DNA from: Caecitellus pseudoparvulus
Taxonomy: Eukaryota > Protista > Bigyra: Bicosoecida
NCBI GenBank assembly: GCA_965644315.1
Contig: CBFFRQ010000053.1
Coordinates: 310,001-374,000, forward strand
DNA: 64,000 nt
Direction of reading: 5' to 3'
How positions within the stretch are numbered: position 1 is the stretch's first letter; every line of letters begins with the position of its first letter. Of this stretch, positions 1-13,132 are shown one piece after another. The notes beneath the pieces were generated by a model that was given only the letters and a program-made list of their open reading frames with translations, did no database searches and had not been told where the DNA came from. The position numbers were made by a program, and so were the translations under genes.

Positions 1-3000
1 GGAGCAGGGAGCCCGTGCAGCCGCAGACGTGTGCCGGTGGAATTTAGCACCACGGCTGCACGACCAAAACCTCCGCGGCCCGCTGGGAGGTGTGTCCCTG
101 GCACGTCACCACGAGCAATGTCGGGGTCCGAGCATGCTCTGAAGACGGCAGCGACGGCTCCCTGAGCTGCCGCAGGGGAACTTTCTTGGCCCTGTACCTC
201 GAGGAAAGGCATGCTTGGCAGGGCATTGCCCTGGGCCTCTCCCACGCCACTGCTCCCTGGTCCAGCGTGGCACACGACGACAGGAGACTCAGCCTCACAA
301 TGAACAAGCGGGGCGATGCCGAGGCTGGCTGTGCGGGCATATGGCAGCAATGCGGTCGTACCTGATGCAGCTGGAGTCAGTGGGTCAGCCCAGCATGGGA
401 GAGGCTGCGGCTGTATCCCCCTTGTTGCAGGGTACACTGCCTCGAGCAGCACTGAGGAGACACCCAAAGCAACGCTCAGGTCGCCTGGGGTAGTCGGACA
501 CCGCGCAGCGGCAGCGGACACCGGGGCATGTTCCAGGGCAGTGTGCAAGGAATCTGCCACCGCCTCGACGTCTACAGTTTCGGAGCCTGAAGCCACGGCG
601 GCCGCTCGCCGCAAGAGCTCCTTGGCCACCACACTTGCGTGGCTTGCGTCTACAGGGGCTGGCCCAAAGCCGTCCCAGGCCGAGTTGGCCAATTTGAGCA
701 TAGCTTGCAAGTGGGTCGAAGGCAGCGTCGACAGCAGTGGGTGCAGCAGGACAGGAAGAAGCTCCCCCAGCAGCGTGTGAAGGTTTGCAGTCAACAAAGC
801 AGGTAGATCAAAGGAGGGCACGACACCTGCGTCTCCCGACGCTCCCAGCTGCTCATACACATCTGGCGGCGTGCCATCCTGCACGGCATCTGCCACTTGG
901 TACGGCCCATCGCCCTGCCGCTGCGACCGTGACGGGCTCGGGCGTGCAACTGTAGCAACTGACTCCACATTGCGTCGGAAGGCTGAGAGCTGCTGCCCCA
1001 GCGCAGAAGGGCGCAGAGCCCTACCCTCAAGCGGTGTTGGCGGCGCAGAAACCGGCCTGTCAGCATCCCTCCCAGGCCGTTCGTATGCCAATGGGTCAGT
1101 CATCATGTTCAGCGTCTGAACGACCAGGTGGGCATTGGTGTGCACTTCCATCCGCACCCCAGCTGCCAAGAATCCCTGCCATGCCTCACCTGGCCTTGCT
1201 TGCAGGGGGGGGCGGTCTTGGGGGGGGGGGGAGAACTCACGGGGCGCTGCACCTGTCGGAAACTCCAGCTCTGTTTGTTCGGCAAGCCCCCTTTCCTCCT
1301 GTACAGTCTCAGACACATGCTGCAAGAGGCTGTGCAGCGACGCGACCCCCGTGTCTGCGACGACTGGCGATCCTTCAGCCATGCCAAGCGTCAAAGCCGC
1401 ACGGACGCAGGCGAACAGTCGCTGGGACGTGCCACTGCGCGCCATCTGCCAAAGCAGCAACTCGCTCGTGCCCACATGCTGAGAAACAGGCGTGCGGGAG
1501 GTGGTGCTGCCGCTAAAGCGGGCCGCAGTGCCACATAGAGGCTCCATGAGTGTTGCATCGCCAACAGACTGCGAAGCTGGTGGGCTCTCGGTCCCAGGAA
1601 CTTTGGATCCAGGATCAGCGACAGACAAAATCGTGACGATGCACCAAAAGAGCCAGTGAAGGTACTGCATGCGGCTGATGTCCAGCAAACCCCTTCGGGC
1701 AGCTGCAACAGCATCGCGCCCGAATGCTTCCTCGATGTCGGCTTCAGATGCGCCTTGAAGGAAAGCAAACAGGGACTCAACAGTGCCTGTGCCGGTGTTG
1801 AACGTTGTAGCGGGGGGCAAGAGGGCTGAGCGGTCACCAAAAGGCAAGCCTGCCCGGTGCTGCAGAACCTCCATAGCACTGCGTGGCAAAGGGTGCAGTC
1901 CAAGCCGCGCGGCATCCGGATGAAAGCCCAGCTCATCAGGGCATGTTGTCATGGGGTTCTCGCCAGTGTACGCAAATGTTGGCGCTGTAGGCTGCGAAGG
2001 CTGCGAGGTTGGACCAGTCAGAGCTTGCTGGCCAAACTCGGTGTCGACACGCCGATGCAGCTGAGCGCGGCATGCGCCAAGCACAGGAGGAACCATGTGA
2101 GGGTCACCCAGACCATGCTGTGTGACTTGCTGCGTGGTGTACACGACTGACTTTGACAGCCTACCCACCAACTCACTCCGCCAAGTGTACTGCAGGCCAG
2201 AGTCTATCACTTGGCACATGGTGCGGGTGATGCGGCCTGCAAAGGGAGTCAAGATGACTGGCTCTACAGCAGACTTCGAGCCGGGGGCCTCTTCGCTGAC
2301 CAGGTGGTCCACAGCGGGAGTCGGGTAGCGGGGCAAAATTGTGAGGCGGTTCATGACACAACTGTAAAGTGTGTTCGTAACATGCAGTAGGGGCCGGATA
2401 TCGCACATGGCAGTCAGCAAGAGGAGCCGCAGCGGTTCCATCGACGGGCCAGGGCCGCTACCGCTTCGCTGGAGCTGCGGTGTTGCCTCATGACCAACCG
2501 GTATGCTTGAAGCCATGAACCCGGTTGCATCGAACATAACTGCGATGCCTGCTGGCGAGTCAAGTGGCCCAACCTTCGTCTGCGTTGCGTCTTGCACCTG
2601 CCTCACCAGCTCTTGTCCACGGCGTTGGGCTGCAGAGATGATGGCCTGCGTCCCCACGTCCCCACTCAACCTTTGAAGCAAGTGCAGCATGGTTGCAGGA
2701 GGATCGGCCGTGTCTTCAGGTGTTTGGTCCCCAGCATACAATGAAAGTGCGGAGGAGCGCAAAGATGTGGCGACCATCGCGCCCTGCGTGCCTTCCCAGC
2801 CCACAGCAGAGCACATGGCGCCGACTTTTGGCAGAGTTCCGCGGCGTATGAGGTCCAGTGCCACACGTCCCTGCCAATCAAGTGCCCATCGCTGGAGAAG
2901 AGTCCCCGAGTCAACGGCAAGGGAGATCTCTGCTTGGGGCATCGTGTGCTTCCACAAAGCAGGTATGGAGGAGTGCGCACTGGCAATGATGGCACAGAAC

Positions 3001-6000
3001 ATGCGCAAATGCACAACCACCCTGCGACAGCAGGAGACCGCTGACGCGGCCAGGTGCAAGGCGGGTGCGATGTCCCCGGATGCCAGCACGGCGGCAAGAG
3101 TGTCTCGCTCTGCGTCACTGTTGATGTGGATCGCTGCTCGACCCCGGTGCCACTCCGAGCGGTCAACACAAACCGCGGGCGCAATGCAAAGGTCTTGTGT
3201 GATGCTCGTCAAGCCTAGCCCATTGGCTTCATCGCGGGAGGGGGCTGCCTGGGCCTCTCTAAACGATGCAGGTGCCGCCGGACGCCCCCTCCAAGCTGCC
3301 ACTGCTAGCTGAAATTCGTTGATGTCATCGTGCACAGCTTGGAGAAGCAAGCGCAAGGACAGAGCAGGGCTTGCAGAAGCCATTGCTCGGATCAGATTCG
3401 ATGCCACAGGGGTGGCTGCAAACTGGCCCGCCGCGAAGGTCTCGTACATGGCCAAATGCACCTGGTCCAGGGCAGCCTCGTACCGCTGGGCTGCCTCAAC
3501 ACGGCACCGGTCTACAGCAAGGATGACTTCTGCGAGCACATCTTGGCATTCCCGGTCGAGCTTCCCCTCCAACGCTGCGCCTTCGAGACTGGACACCGAC
3601 TCTTGAAGCGTGGCTTCCACAGCAGGGAGGGCTGCTGCCACGACGTCTGTAACCTGCTGTAGAGCACTCGGAGCCCCGTCAGGCCTCTCCTGAGACAGCA
3701 CTGTGTACCCGCGAAAGGCCGCGCACAGTGCATGCACCGCGTTGACTCGCTGCACCGGGGCGGTCGCATGCAGACTGGCCCGCAGCCTGGGTAGCAGGTA
3801 CACAGCCGGGTTACTGCAGTGAACCGCCTCAGCAGCCAGCTCTTCCCACGAGGAGGCTCTCGACAGGGAGGGCCAGGCAGGGGTGGGCATGGTGTGACTC
3901 AGCGGGGAGCCCATGGTAACCATGCGCACGAGCGCCAAGATGGGAACTTGCAAGGCCACGCCATCTTCGGGTGAGTCGGGGAACCACCCCGCCAGAGATG
4001 CCCAAGGGAGCGTGGACACTTCTGAAGTGGCGAACCACGTGTCGGGAGAGCCAGGGTTCAACAGCCCGCGAATTTCCACTTGGCGGGCTGCGTGGCTGGA
4101 AACATGCGCACTCTTTCCAATGAAGAGAGGGGTAATGGCATTCACCAGGTGTGCTGATGCTCCGCAAACGATGGCATGTTCGCAAGTGGCATGGTGAGCA
4201 GCCACCCAGAGCCTGTCAGCGCTAGCCCGGATCGCATCTTCGGACGACTCACTTTGCGTGGCAGCGTGCTCCGCAGTGCACTTCTGCAGCAGGGCCGATG
4301 CAGCGGCTAGTCTCACCTGCAGGGTATGCACAGCCTCCAGAACTGCACACCGGATGGCGTCCGCCGTGGCGCGTTTGACAGCCGCAGCTGAGTCGCCTGA
4401 CACACGCATCAAATCACGCAGGCCACTGCCAAGGTCTACGCTTGCACCGCTTGTCGTGTTGATGACGTTGCATACCATACGGCCTGCCGTGGACGACCAC
4501 TGCGCGCCCGAAAAATCCACCCGTAGCTTCGGGCTGCGACTGTCTCGGGCTGCTGGGTCGTCAAAGTCAGCTTCCGGTGGAGGAATGCCCGAGTGCGTGC
4601 CCCGTCTTCTTGTCGTGCATGCGGCGTCTGTGGCATGAATGCCCTCCGCGACAGGGTGGGCTCGAGCCATCCAGCCGGTGACAAGCTGCAGCGGGTCACC
4701 GCTGGTGTCTTTCATGTCAATGTCCAAGCCCCCCACGGTTGTCCATGTGTCGCAGCGAATGCGCCTGCACCCAGCAGAAGGGCCGGCACCGACGCCGTAC
4801 TCCTCATCGTCCCAGATGGGGTGTCGGAAGTTGCGGGACACTGGGAGCCCAGAGCTAGCGGCAGTTGCCCAATTAAGATCGGCGTTCTTGAAGCTAAAGT
4901 ATTCCTCCACCGACAACGAACGACCCAGTGCTGCTCGCTCGCATCCATCTGCGAGCATGCTGCCAAGGGGAGCAGGCGGGCCACCAGGTGCGACTTCTCC
5001 GGGCGAAGTGCCGAATGGGACGGGGAGGGACCAAAACCCATGCCTGCGAGGCAGGTAAATGTGCCGCAACATCCCCAGCAAGACGTGTTCAAGGAAGTGC
5101 TCGCCGTGTCGCGCCCGCGCTGCGGCATTGGCGGCTCGAGACACCAGCAGCTGCTGAACGATGCTGGGGGCATCCTTGACGGGCTCAGCACCCGGGGGGG
5201 CGGCGCTGCAAATGAGGACGTCAAGGTACATGCCAGCAAGCCCAGATGCATGCGCGATGGTGCACGCGCCGGGGTCAGCGTTGATGATGTCCGCCAACAG
5301 TGAGGAAGCATGCCTGAAGACATCACAACCAAACGCCGCTGGGAAGGCAAAAATGTCCTTGAGAGCGCACACCAAGTCACTGTCGTTAGTGCGGCGGTGA
5401 CCCAGCACGCTTGGCAGCGTGCCCTGCTCCAAGTTACCGCGCTCCGAGTCGAGACTTGCGGTGGCTAGTTGATGCGCACCAGGGGGTTCGGGTGGCTGGC
5501 TAACGGAAGACGCTGTGGGGGAAGCAGCTGGATCATCGGGGACTTCGGGGGAAGCCTGCTGCGCCTGCCCAGCAGGCGCAGCGGCGGGGGAGCTGGGTGT
5601 GGAAGCCGCCGAAGAAGAGCGCAGGGGCTGGAGCAGCGGGGCGCCGGCCGCAGCGGGCCCGCCGGTCATGGGCGAAATGGCGGCAGAGATGATGCCGCAC
5701 ATGGTTGACAAGAGGTGCCTCCTCAACGGAGCCAGGGGTGGCAGAACCCGTCGCAAGCTTCGCGGGGAAGCAGGCCTGTCGGGAGCCAAATGGGAGTGCA
5801 ACCATTGGGCACGCGCCATGGCGGCTGCCTGCACATCGGCCGCACCAGGCAACCCAGCTTGAGGTGCTGGAAACGCCTTGCCGTCCGCCTTGGCCGCCTG
5901 GCCTTGCACGGTCAGGAGCGGCTCCAGCTTGACTTGCCGAGCCCATGCCACAGGGGCGCTCACAAGGATGTCGGCCTCATCAGCGACAAGACAGCGGCCG

Positions 6001-8708
6001 TCGAGAAGCGTCTCGTTCAAGAACTCCGTCGTTTGCTCCTTCATGCGAGCCACGAGCACCTGCAGATGGCGGCCATCCGCCATAGAGCGGACTGCTGCTG
6101 GGCTCACACTCAGGACATTGTCGATGCAGAGCATGGCACGAGTCAGGATATGGCACTGTGCCCTGGAAAGAGCTGGGGCCCGCAGGATGGGCATAAGGTC
6201 TCGAACGAGGTGAGGGGTCCAGGAAAGGGTGTCGGGCTCATTCACAGCCTGGGCAATGACGTCTAAGGCTGTGATAGCGAATGCTTCCGAAGCATCCGTG
6301 TGCCACTCTGCAGTTGGCAAGCTCCCAAACAGCCAGTCTGTTGCGCCACTCGGGTCATACTGGTGTGGCGGGGGCGGGCCTTCTGCTGGAGCCGCGCACA
6401 GCCAGCGCTGTGTTGCGGTGACGTAGCTGGCAGCTGCCAGGCAGGGCATGCTGCGGGAAACAATGTCGTAAAACTCATCCCAGGACGGGGCACGTGAAAG
6501 GTGCGTTAAAGTCGCTCCGTGGGATGCATGGTGCCCCGTCCATTGAAGCGGGCCGTCTTTGGCGGAATCGGGAGCAGCACCCACAACGGCTGCTGCAAGC
6601 GCAGTCGCAAGCACACTCTCCTGCGCATCTGCTGCCGCGACATGCCGCTGGGCCAGGGCTGGAACAGCCATGAGCACGCCCGAGCCACTGTTCTGCAGTT
6701 CTCCGAGGTCTGTTTCCAGCAAGGCGGCCCAGCGTTCATAGTGCAGCCGCAAGCCTGTCTGGGCCATGGGCTGAAAGAACGCCAGGGGCGTCTTGTTCAT
6801 GGAGACAGAGCCAAAAGCCTCGCCTTGCACGCAGTCTTGGAACCGACGAGCAGCAGCTACCAAACGAAGCAGGCCCCGCGCTGCCCCCGGAGCTGGGGGG
6901 CGCCCATCATCACCGTCCCCTTCTCCGCCTTGGGACTGCAGGTCCCACTCCTGCGTGATGACCTGCGAGATGATGGACATGGAACCAAAGTCCACCATCA
7001 AGATGGCAACAAGGCCACTGAGAACCTGCAAGGCGACCTGCCCCACCGACGTTGGGTGCAGCTCCAGGTGCAGGGCCAAGGAGCCCTGAAGTGCGAGGGC
7101 GGAATCATGTGCTGGCATGGTGGCGGCCTCCTCTGGGGCCTGCAGCGCCCCGGAGAAGCACATGTGGGACGTTGTCAGAGACGCTCCGTCTGTCGCCAGC
7201 TGCTGCAAGCACCTCACCCACGCTGTGGCCCACCCCGCTTTGTCTGGGATGGAGGCCCCGGGAGACTCGCCCACAGCCTGAGCAATGGCTGCAATGCGCT
7301 GCTGCTCCAGCCCACAAGCAGCAGCGGCAGCAACCCACCAACCTGTGGATGGCTGTATCACTCCCTCCATCACCCTAGTCAGCTCAGAGACGATGTCAGG
7401 TGCCATGCATGCAGCGTGGGCAATGGCACTAAGGGCCATGCAGGCCCGAGCGAGGATGCTGCGCTGCGCAGCCGCGCCCGCCGCTATGTCTGTCGCGGCG
7501 CGGCAGATGGTGTGCAGGGCAACCCGATCCTCGGGGAGAAGCTCGCAGGGGTGTGGCAGGGCTTCTTGCACTGCTTGCACCAAGCTGGCCGCTGTTGCGG
7601 CTCTGGGGAGCTGGCTGGGGCGCAGCACCACAAGAACAGAGCCTACCAGGTGTGGACACTCGGCTTGCTGCCCAGACACTCCTTCTTCGAGCTCCAGCTG
7701 AGGCTGAAGCATTGTCACTCCCCCCAGCAGTTCGCACTGCGGGGGAAGAGGGACTGACGGCAGGGTTGCGCCGGCTGGCAGCGTCAACGGGACGTTGTGC
7801 GGCAAGAGCACGTGCTGCTCGTACTTTGACAGGGAAGATGAAGCTGCTGCCGGCGGCAGGTCACCTTTCCCGAAGGGTTGCAAGCCAAAGACGCTGCTCA
7901 TGCTCCAGCCGCCTTCCCCGAGGCGCCAAGAGGTGGTGGAGGGGGCCTTCGCAGCAGCCCAGCTGGGCTCTGCTGTGGCTCTGGCAGCGCGCGCTGCCAC
8001 AGGCACGGACCCGCCTGGCCCAACCAGGGTGACAAGGGGAAGCAACCGTGCTGCGAATGCTGAAATGGACAGCGGTGGCATTGCCGTCTCGAAGCTCTCC
8101 ATGGCAACAGCTGACGAGCCGAGGCGGAAGAGTTCGTAAATGCACAGCAGCGCCATGTCCGCCACAGCAGGGTCTCGTGCCCCGACAAAGGCGACGAGGT
8201 GCTCAAGAGAGTTGTACGTAGTCTTATTGCAGCAATTGTGCAAGAGGCAGGCTGAGAAGCGCAGCAGCCTGAACGCGGTGTGCGTTGCCTTGCGCTCGGC
8301 TTCCGGACTTGGCGGCGCGTCACGACTATCGACGAGCAGCCAAGGATGGCAGCGCAGCAGGCGCTCCATCATCTCGTCGATATGGTCCAGGATGTGCATC
8401 CAGTGGTGCAGATTCGCCTGCGAAAGTTGCAGGGGGCGCACTTGGTCCAAGCACGCCAGCCGAGGGCGAGCCCTTCGCTCGGTTCAGGCACAGCTTCCCA
8501 CTCACCAAGAGCTCTGACTGCCACTGAATGACCATGTCTAAGCGTTGCAAAAACAGGTCTTCGTCATCAGTCTGGAGCCGACGCAGAATCGGCCGCAGCG
8601 CTGTCGGCTGTGAGGCGGGGCAGGGATGGTGCGGATTTCGAACAGGCAGTCCCACCACTCTTCCACGCCCCGACGCACCACAAAAGCCACGGAGGGTGAT
8701 GCTGACAT
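1..8708 (-). CDS. HUWE1/Tom1/UPL1-like giant E3 ubiquitin ligase, N-terminal armadillo region (DUF908 + DUF913-like); 3' partial, runs off the left edge
   Basis: Predicted exons are 8708-8679, 8607-8506 and 8417-<1, with GT-AG introns in phase. None of the listed minus-strand ORFs in 1-8400 uses this frame, which implies one open frame to the window edge. The translation gives ANLHHWMHILDHIDEMMERLL...LLHNCCNKTTYNSLEHL (DUF908-like) and LKDIFAFPAAFGCDVFRHASSLLADIINADPG (DUF913-like, ~5270-5370). No HECT domain was recognised in the parts translated; it is expected beyond the window edge. Confidence 0.75.
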
Positions 8709-9209
8709 GCTTAGCACGGACGAGAGAGCGTAACAGTGCGGCTAAGCGCTTTAGTAGCTTCAACGACGACACAAAGGAGCTGATGCCTCCTTGGGTTTGT
8801 TCCCTGGCAAGTTGGCTGCCACGCCAGGAGGGATTTGAGGCAGCACCAGATCGGAGTATCACCTTCCAGCGGCACAAACTGGGTCCTCCGACGGCCCAGA
8901 GAATGATGCACACGTACCACTTGGGGGGCGGTCGTTGTGTTTTTGAGTTCCTGCCCTGCCTCCGCCGGAATACAGAGACGGATGTTGGGGAGGCATTCCG
9001 TTTCAAGCCACAAGCCAGAGAAGGCCCCCCTCACACAGCGCACAACGCAGGGCACAGCGGTTAAAATAAATTTCATCCAAAACACGCATGCACGTTGTGC
9101 TTGGCTCATTAAGCCCCTGTGGACCGCTTTGGGGGGAGCGCAGCCGCCCCACTCCTTGTCTGGTCTGACCACGTTTCGCGCGAAACGCTAGTCAAACGGC
9201 CACGTGACC

Positions 9210-9577
9210 ATGGTGAGTGCAAGCGTGGTGGGCACGCTGGCCCAAATGGCCCAGCTCATTGACAGTCTCGCGCTCAGTGCGATTGGCCCCTGGGTCATGG
9301 CACCCTGCCCCGCGCGTGAACCGCGACTGGCCCTGAACCCTCCACCACTTGCGTTCGAGCGCAGAGTGCAGTGTTTGACTTGAGCAGCCTGCTCACGCTG
9401 TTGCTGCTGTTCATCTGCACCTGCACGTACTTGAAGGGGCGTATCTCGTGGATTTCCAACAACAAAAAGGGCACGCTGGGGGTGTTCTACAAAGCGGCTC
9501 GTGTCGGGGAGCGCCTGAGTCCGTATGTCTCTGCGTGCTGCCTCATCATGGCGGCCTATGTCTTGTTTTTCAAGTGA
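9210..9577 (+). CDS. TMEM167: Protein kish / TMEM167 (Ksh1) small Golgi membrane protein
   Basis: ATG-only first exon 9210-9212, intron 9213-9364 (GTGAGT..GCAG). The protein reads MSAVFDLSSLLTLLLLFICTCTYLK...GVFYKAARVGERLSPYVSACC, the DUF1242 signature. Confidence 0.93.
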
Positions 9578-9583
9578 CCCTCG

Positions 9584-11941
9584 TCACTTGCTGCCGATAG
9601 CTGAAGCTGCTGGCAATGGCTGCCCGAACACAGCGCCTGAAAGGCTCGCCGTCGCTGAGGCGGAGTCGAAGCCCAACGCCGCAGCTGTGACGGCAGCAGC
9701 CTCCCCAGCTACGACGGCAGCAGGCGTAGTGGTAGAGGGCGTGGCGCTGCCAGTGGGCGCGCCTGCACTGCCCGCTGGGGCCAGCTGGGCAGGCGCCAGC
9801 GAGATATCGTCCAGACCTGCGCTGCCTGCCTCCAGCATGACGGCATGAATGTACTCCCACAGCCCCCCTTCGTTCATGAAGTCGTTGTCCACAACATTCA
9901 CCAAGTAGTACTTGGACGCGATGCCATGCAGCAGCGCGTGGGAGTCGCTGTCTTCGTCGTAGGCTGCAGCCCACACGTCGCGCCACAGTGCGAAGGCTTC
10001 TTCTTTCCACACCTGGAAGGCCTCCGCGTCCACCACTGTGGGCTGCACAACCTCCCGTCCCGGGAAGACGCCCCACGTGACGGCTGTCGCTGTGCCAGGC
10101 GTGCTGTTGCTGTAGCTGTTGCCCCTCGCATCCACTGCCATGTACCGCACGCTCGCGAATGCGAGGCGGGCGGCCACCTCCATGACAGCCCGCAGCAGGG
10201 CAGGGCTGGCAAAGAACTCAATGTATGCCTTCTGGTACACAAGGCCGCCAGCACCGCCCCAGCCGTGCACTGGGTGGTCACTGGGCACCTCAGACAGGGC
10301 CGGCTGGGAGTTGATGGTCAAGAGGCCCGCGCGGTTGATGCTGACAAGGCGCTGTGTAAGCCGAGCAGTCTCGGGGTGCAGCTCTGCCTCACACCATGGG
10401 ATGCGAGGTACAGTGCCCGCCACGTAGCCAGCAAACACTGCCCACACATCTGCCTCAGTAGCCAGCCGCTCTCCCCACATTGCTCTGCGATCTGCCGCGT
10501 CCCCCCACCCGCCCAGCTCAGAGTGGACGGACGGAACGGGGGGCAACCCTGTCGCGGTGCCAGTGCCTTCACTCTGCAGCCCAGCGTGGGACACACCCCA
10601 GTGCCCTGTGCCGCCTGTCTCTGGAGTGCCGCCTCCGCTGAGTGGCGTGGTTGCAGGCACAGGGTCTGCCACGTCGCTCCAGCGCCCGGTGGGGAACTCT
10701 GACCAAGAGGAAGTTCGCTGGATGTAGCTCTGGGGGCGATTGGCCCAGAAAATGGGACGCACTGCCTCTCCCTCTCGCGTGGGCCCTGCGGGCGCTCGCC
10801 ACGGCAGCTTGCGCCGCAGCACGCCAGCCCCGCCCTGCGCATGCAAGGCCGTCTTGACAGCTTCTGACTCCAGTACGCCTTGCAGCGGACCTTCCTGGTT
10901 CAGCGTGTAGAAGTGCACTCCACAGGCGCCCTGCCCCAGCAATGTCCCGGCAAGTTGCGCCGAGGCGGCTGAGAGCACCGGATGGGCGGTGGTCCCCTGG
11001 CCTGCCCCCTCGTCCCCGTCGATGCCTGGCACTGCCACTGCCTCTGCCACCGCCTTTAGTGCTTCGGGGAGCTGCACACGGCAGTGCTCTGCCATGTGCT
11101 TGAGGAGCCGCGGGTTGTCAACCGCCAGCACGCCAGGAACCACGGGGGCATGCACGTCCGCTGCCCGCAACGCTTCGATGAAGGCAGACGTGGTCGTTGC
11201 GTCGAAGACAAACTGTGTCACGACAAAGTCCGCCCCAGCCTGGACTTTCTCTGCCACAGCAGCCACCTCGGCTGCAGTGTCCAGCGGCGGGCGCTCAGAG
11301 CCCGGCGCATACCAGCCATCGGGGTAAGCCCCCACGGCGATAGTAAAAAAGTCTCCAAAGTGCTCCCGGGCCAGGCGCACCAAGTTTACTGCTTTCATGG
11401 AGGGCGGGGCGTCCCCTGGCCCGGCTTCCCCAGTCAGGGCAAGGATGCTGCTCACGCCGGCTTCCTTGGCAGCATGGAGGAGGCTCAGCAGGTCCTCCTT
11501 GGTCTTCCCAGCACAGGTCAGGTGCATGAGGGGAGCAACTCCAGCAACCTGTAAAATTGGGGCTCACAGGCGACGTGTGCACGACACCACATTGCGCCCG
11601 CTATACGACGCGTGTGCGGGAATTGCTTTGTCTGCGTTTTCCGCACGCACCTGTTGAACGTAGGAGCACAAGCTCAACGTCGCATGAGCAGACTGCACGC
11701 TGGAGCTGGATGTCACAGCGATGAACATGGGCTCGGCCTTTGCCAGCCGGTCAATTCGACGTGACCTGTGTTGGCAAAAAGCGGCTGCTCAGTCCAAGAG
11801 TGCTGCATCGATGGTCTCCCGCACGCTACCCCCTTACAAAGCATCCAAGCCCTGGGCGCTTGACGGCGGGAAGACTTCAAAGGAGTAGAAAGGTGTGCCG
11901 CTCTGGACAGCTTCGTTGATGTCTTTGATTAAGGATGCCAT
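9584..11941 (-). CDS. MTHFR: Methylenetetrahydrofolate reductase (eukaryotic two-domain type)
   Basis: Exons 11941-11838, 11765-11651 and 11548-9584. Motifs include YSFEVFPP, MHLTC, GADFVVTQF, HFYTLN, VRPIFWANRPQSYIQRT, TINSQP, YQKAYIEFF and AVTWGVFPGREVVQPT. Confidence 0.95.
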
Positions 11942-12616
11942 CGTGGAACAGGTAGAAGTGCGAAACGCACTCGTGAGCTGTGCTCAAGCCTACCGTCACG
12001 AGCAAGATGATGCGTCACAGCCAACCTGCAGGGCGCCTTCAACTTTGGCGAGGTGTTCAAAGTGGCACGTGGGTGTGGCAATGTGTGACAAGGTTGTGGG
12101 TTGTGACATGGAGACTCTAAATCAGGTTGCAAAGCAAAGGAGGTGCGCAGTCACTGGCAACCACGAGTAACTGGTCGAAAACGGTGGCGCATCTTTGGAC
12201 ACCCTGCGGGGTACACGAAGACGATGACTCAAGTTCGAGTCGAAGATGCCCAGCAGTCCTGCTCACAACCCACTGCACACACCAGCGTCCCCTTTCTGCA
12301 CCCCTATTTAGTTCTGGACTACTAGCGACGGTGGGCACACCTTCGCAGTTCCCGGTTTCCTGTGAACGCCCCTCTGGGCAGCCGCACGCAGTACTCACAG
12401 GATCACACTCAAGGCACGGAATAAATTCATGACACATCTTCTCTCCAGTCTCCGGGCGCGATGGCACTGAACCTTTTTTGAAACTCAAGCGTGAATTTGA
12501 TTGCCAATCCAGTGCGGAAATACATCCCAGCGCCAGCACCCGAGGACCTGCCTGGAATCGTCGGAGGGACATTTCCCCGAGACCCGAGACCGACCGGAAG
12601 AAGATTTCACCGAATC

Positions 12617-13125
12617 ATGGCTGCTATGACCGCCGTGTTGCGAGCAGCAACCCATCAAGCGATGTGGGGGATCCGTACAGGCGGAGCGGTGCGGTCTTTG
12701 CACCAGTCAGCAGCTGTTCATTCAGCGCTGCGAGCTTCAGCACCTGTGCTGCAGAAGAAGAAGAAAGGTAAGGTGCTATGCACTCTGTGATGGATGTATG
12801 AGCCCCCTCAGCCAGGTTTGCCCACTGCTCCTTTGACTTTTCAGGTGCTGGAGGCAAAGGCGGCGGGGCGGCGGCCGTGCCTGTGGAGAAGTTTGATCTC
12901 ACGACGCAAGTCCCAGTGCTCCTGGAGAAGGATGCAGAGCAACCCACGTACAAAGATGATTCCGAGTACCCAGACTGGCTGTGGGGCTTGCTGGAGCCAC
13001 AGAAGACTGTGCAGGAGCAGATGCTGGAGGGCACGGAGGGGCTGACGCCTCGTGAGATGCGGCGCTTGCTGAAGCACGCGCGCCGCCAGATGATCAAGGA
13101 AGCCAACACCGCATCAAGGAAGTGA
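12617..13125 (+). CDS. MRPL54: Mitochondrial ribosomal protein mL54 (yeast MRPL37 family)
   Basis: Exons 12617-12767 and 12845-13125. It has a presequence-like N-terminus and the motif KDDSEYPDWLWGLL. Confidence 0.88.
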
Positions 13126-13132
13126 GCTTGCA

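Noticed and set aside
44-8600. Dozens of 60-412 aa ORFs, e.g. 6519..7757 (+)
   Set aside because: They are antisense or off-frame shadows of the long minus-strand HUWE1-like frame, as expected in GC-rich DNA.
12226-12480. GACTCAAGTTCGAGTC hairpin (B-box-like), a 7SL-like CCGGGCGCGATGGC and a T6 run
   Set aside because: No tRNA cloverleaf or SRP/snRNA structure could be built, so these are short chance matches.
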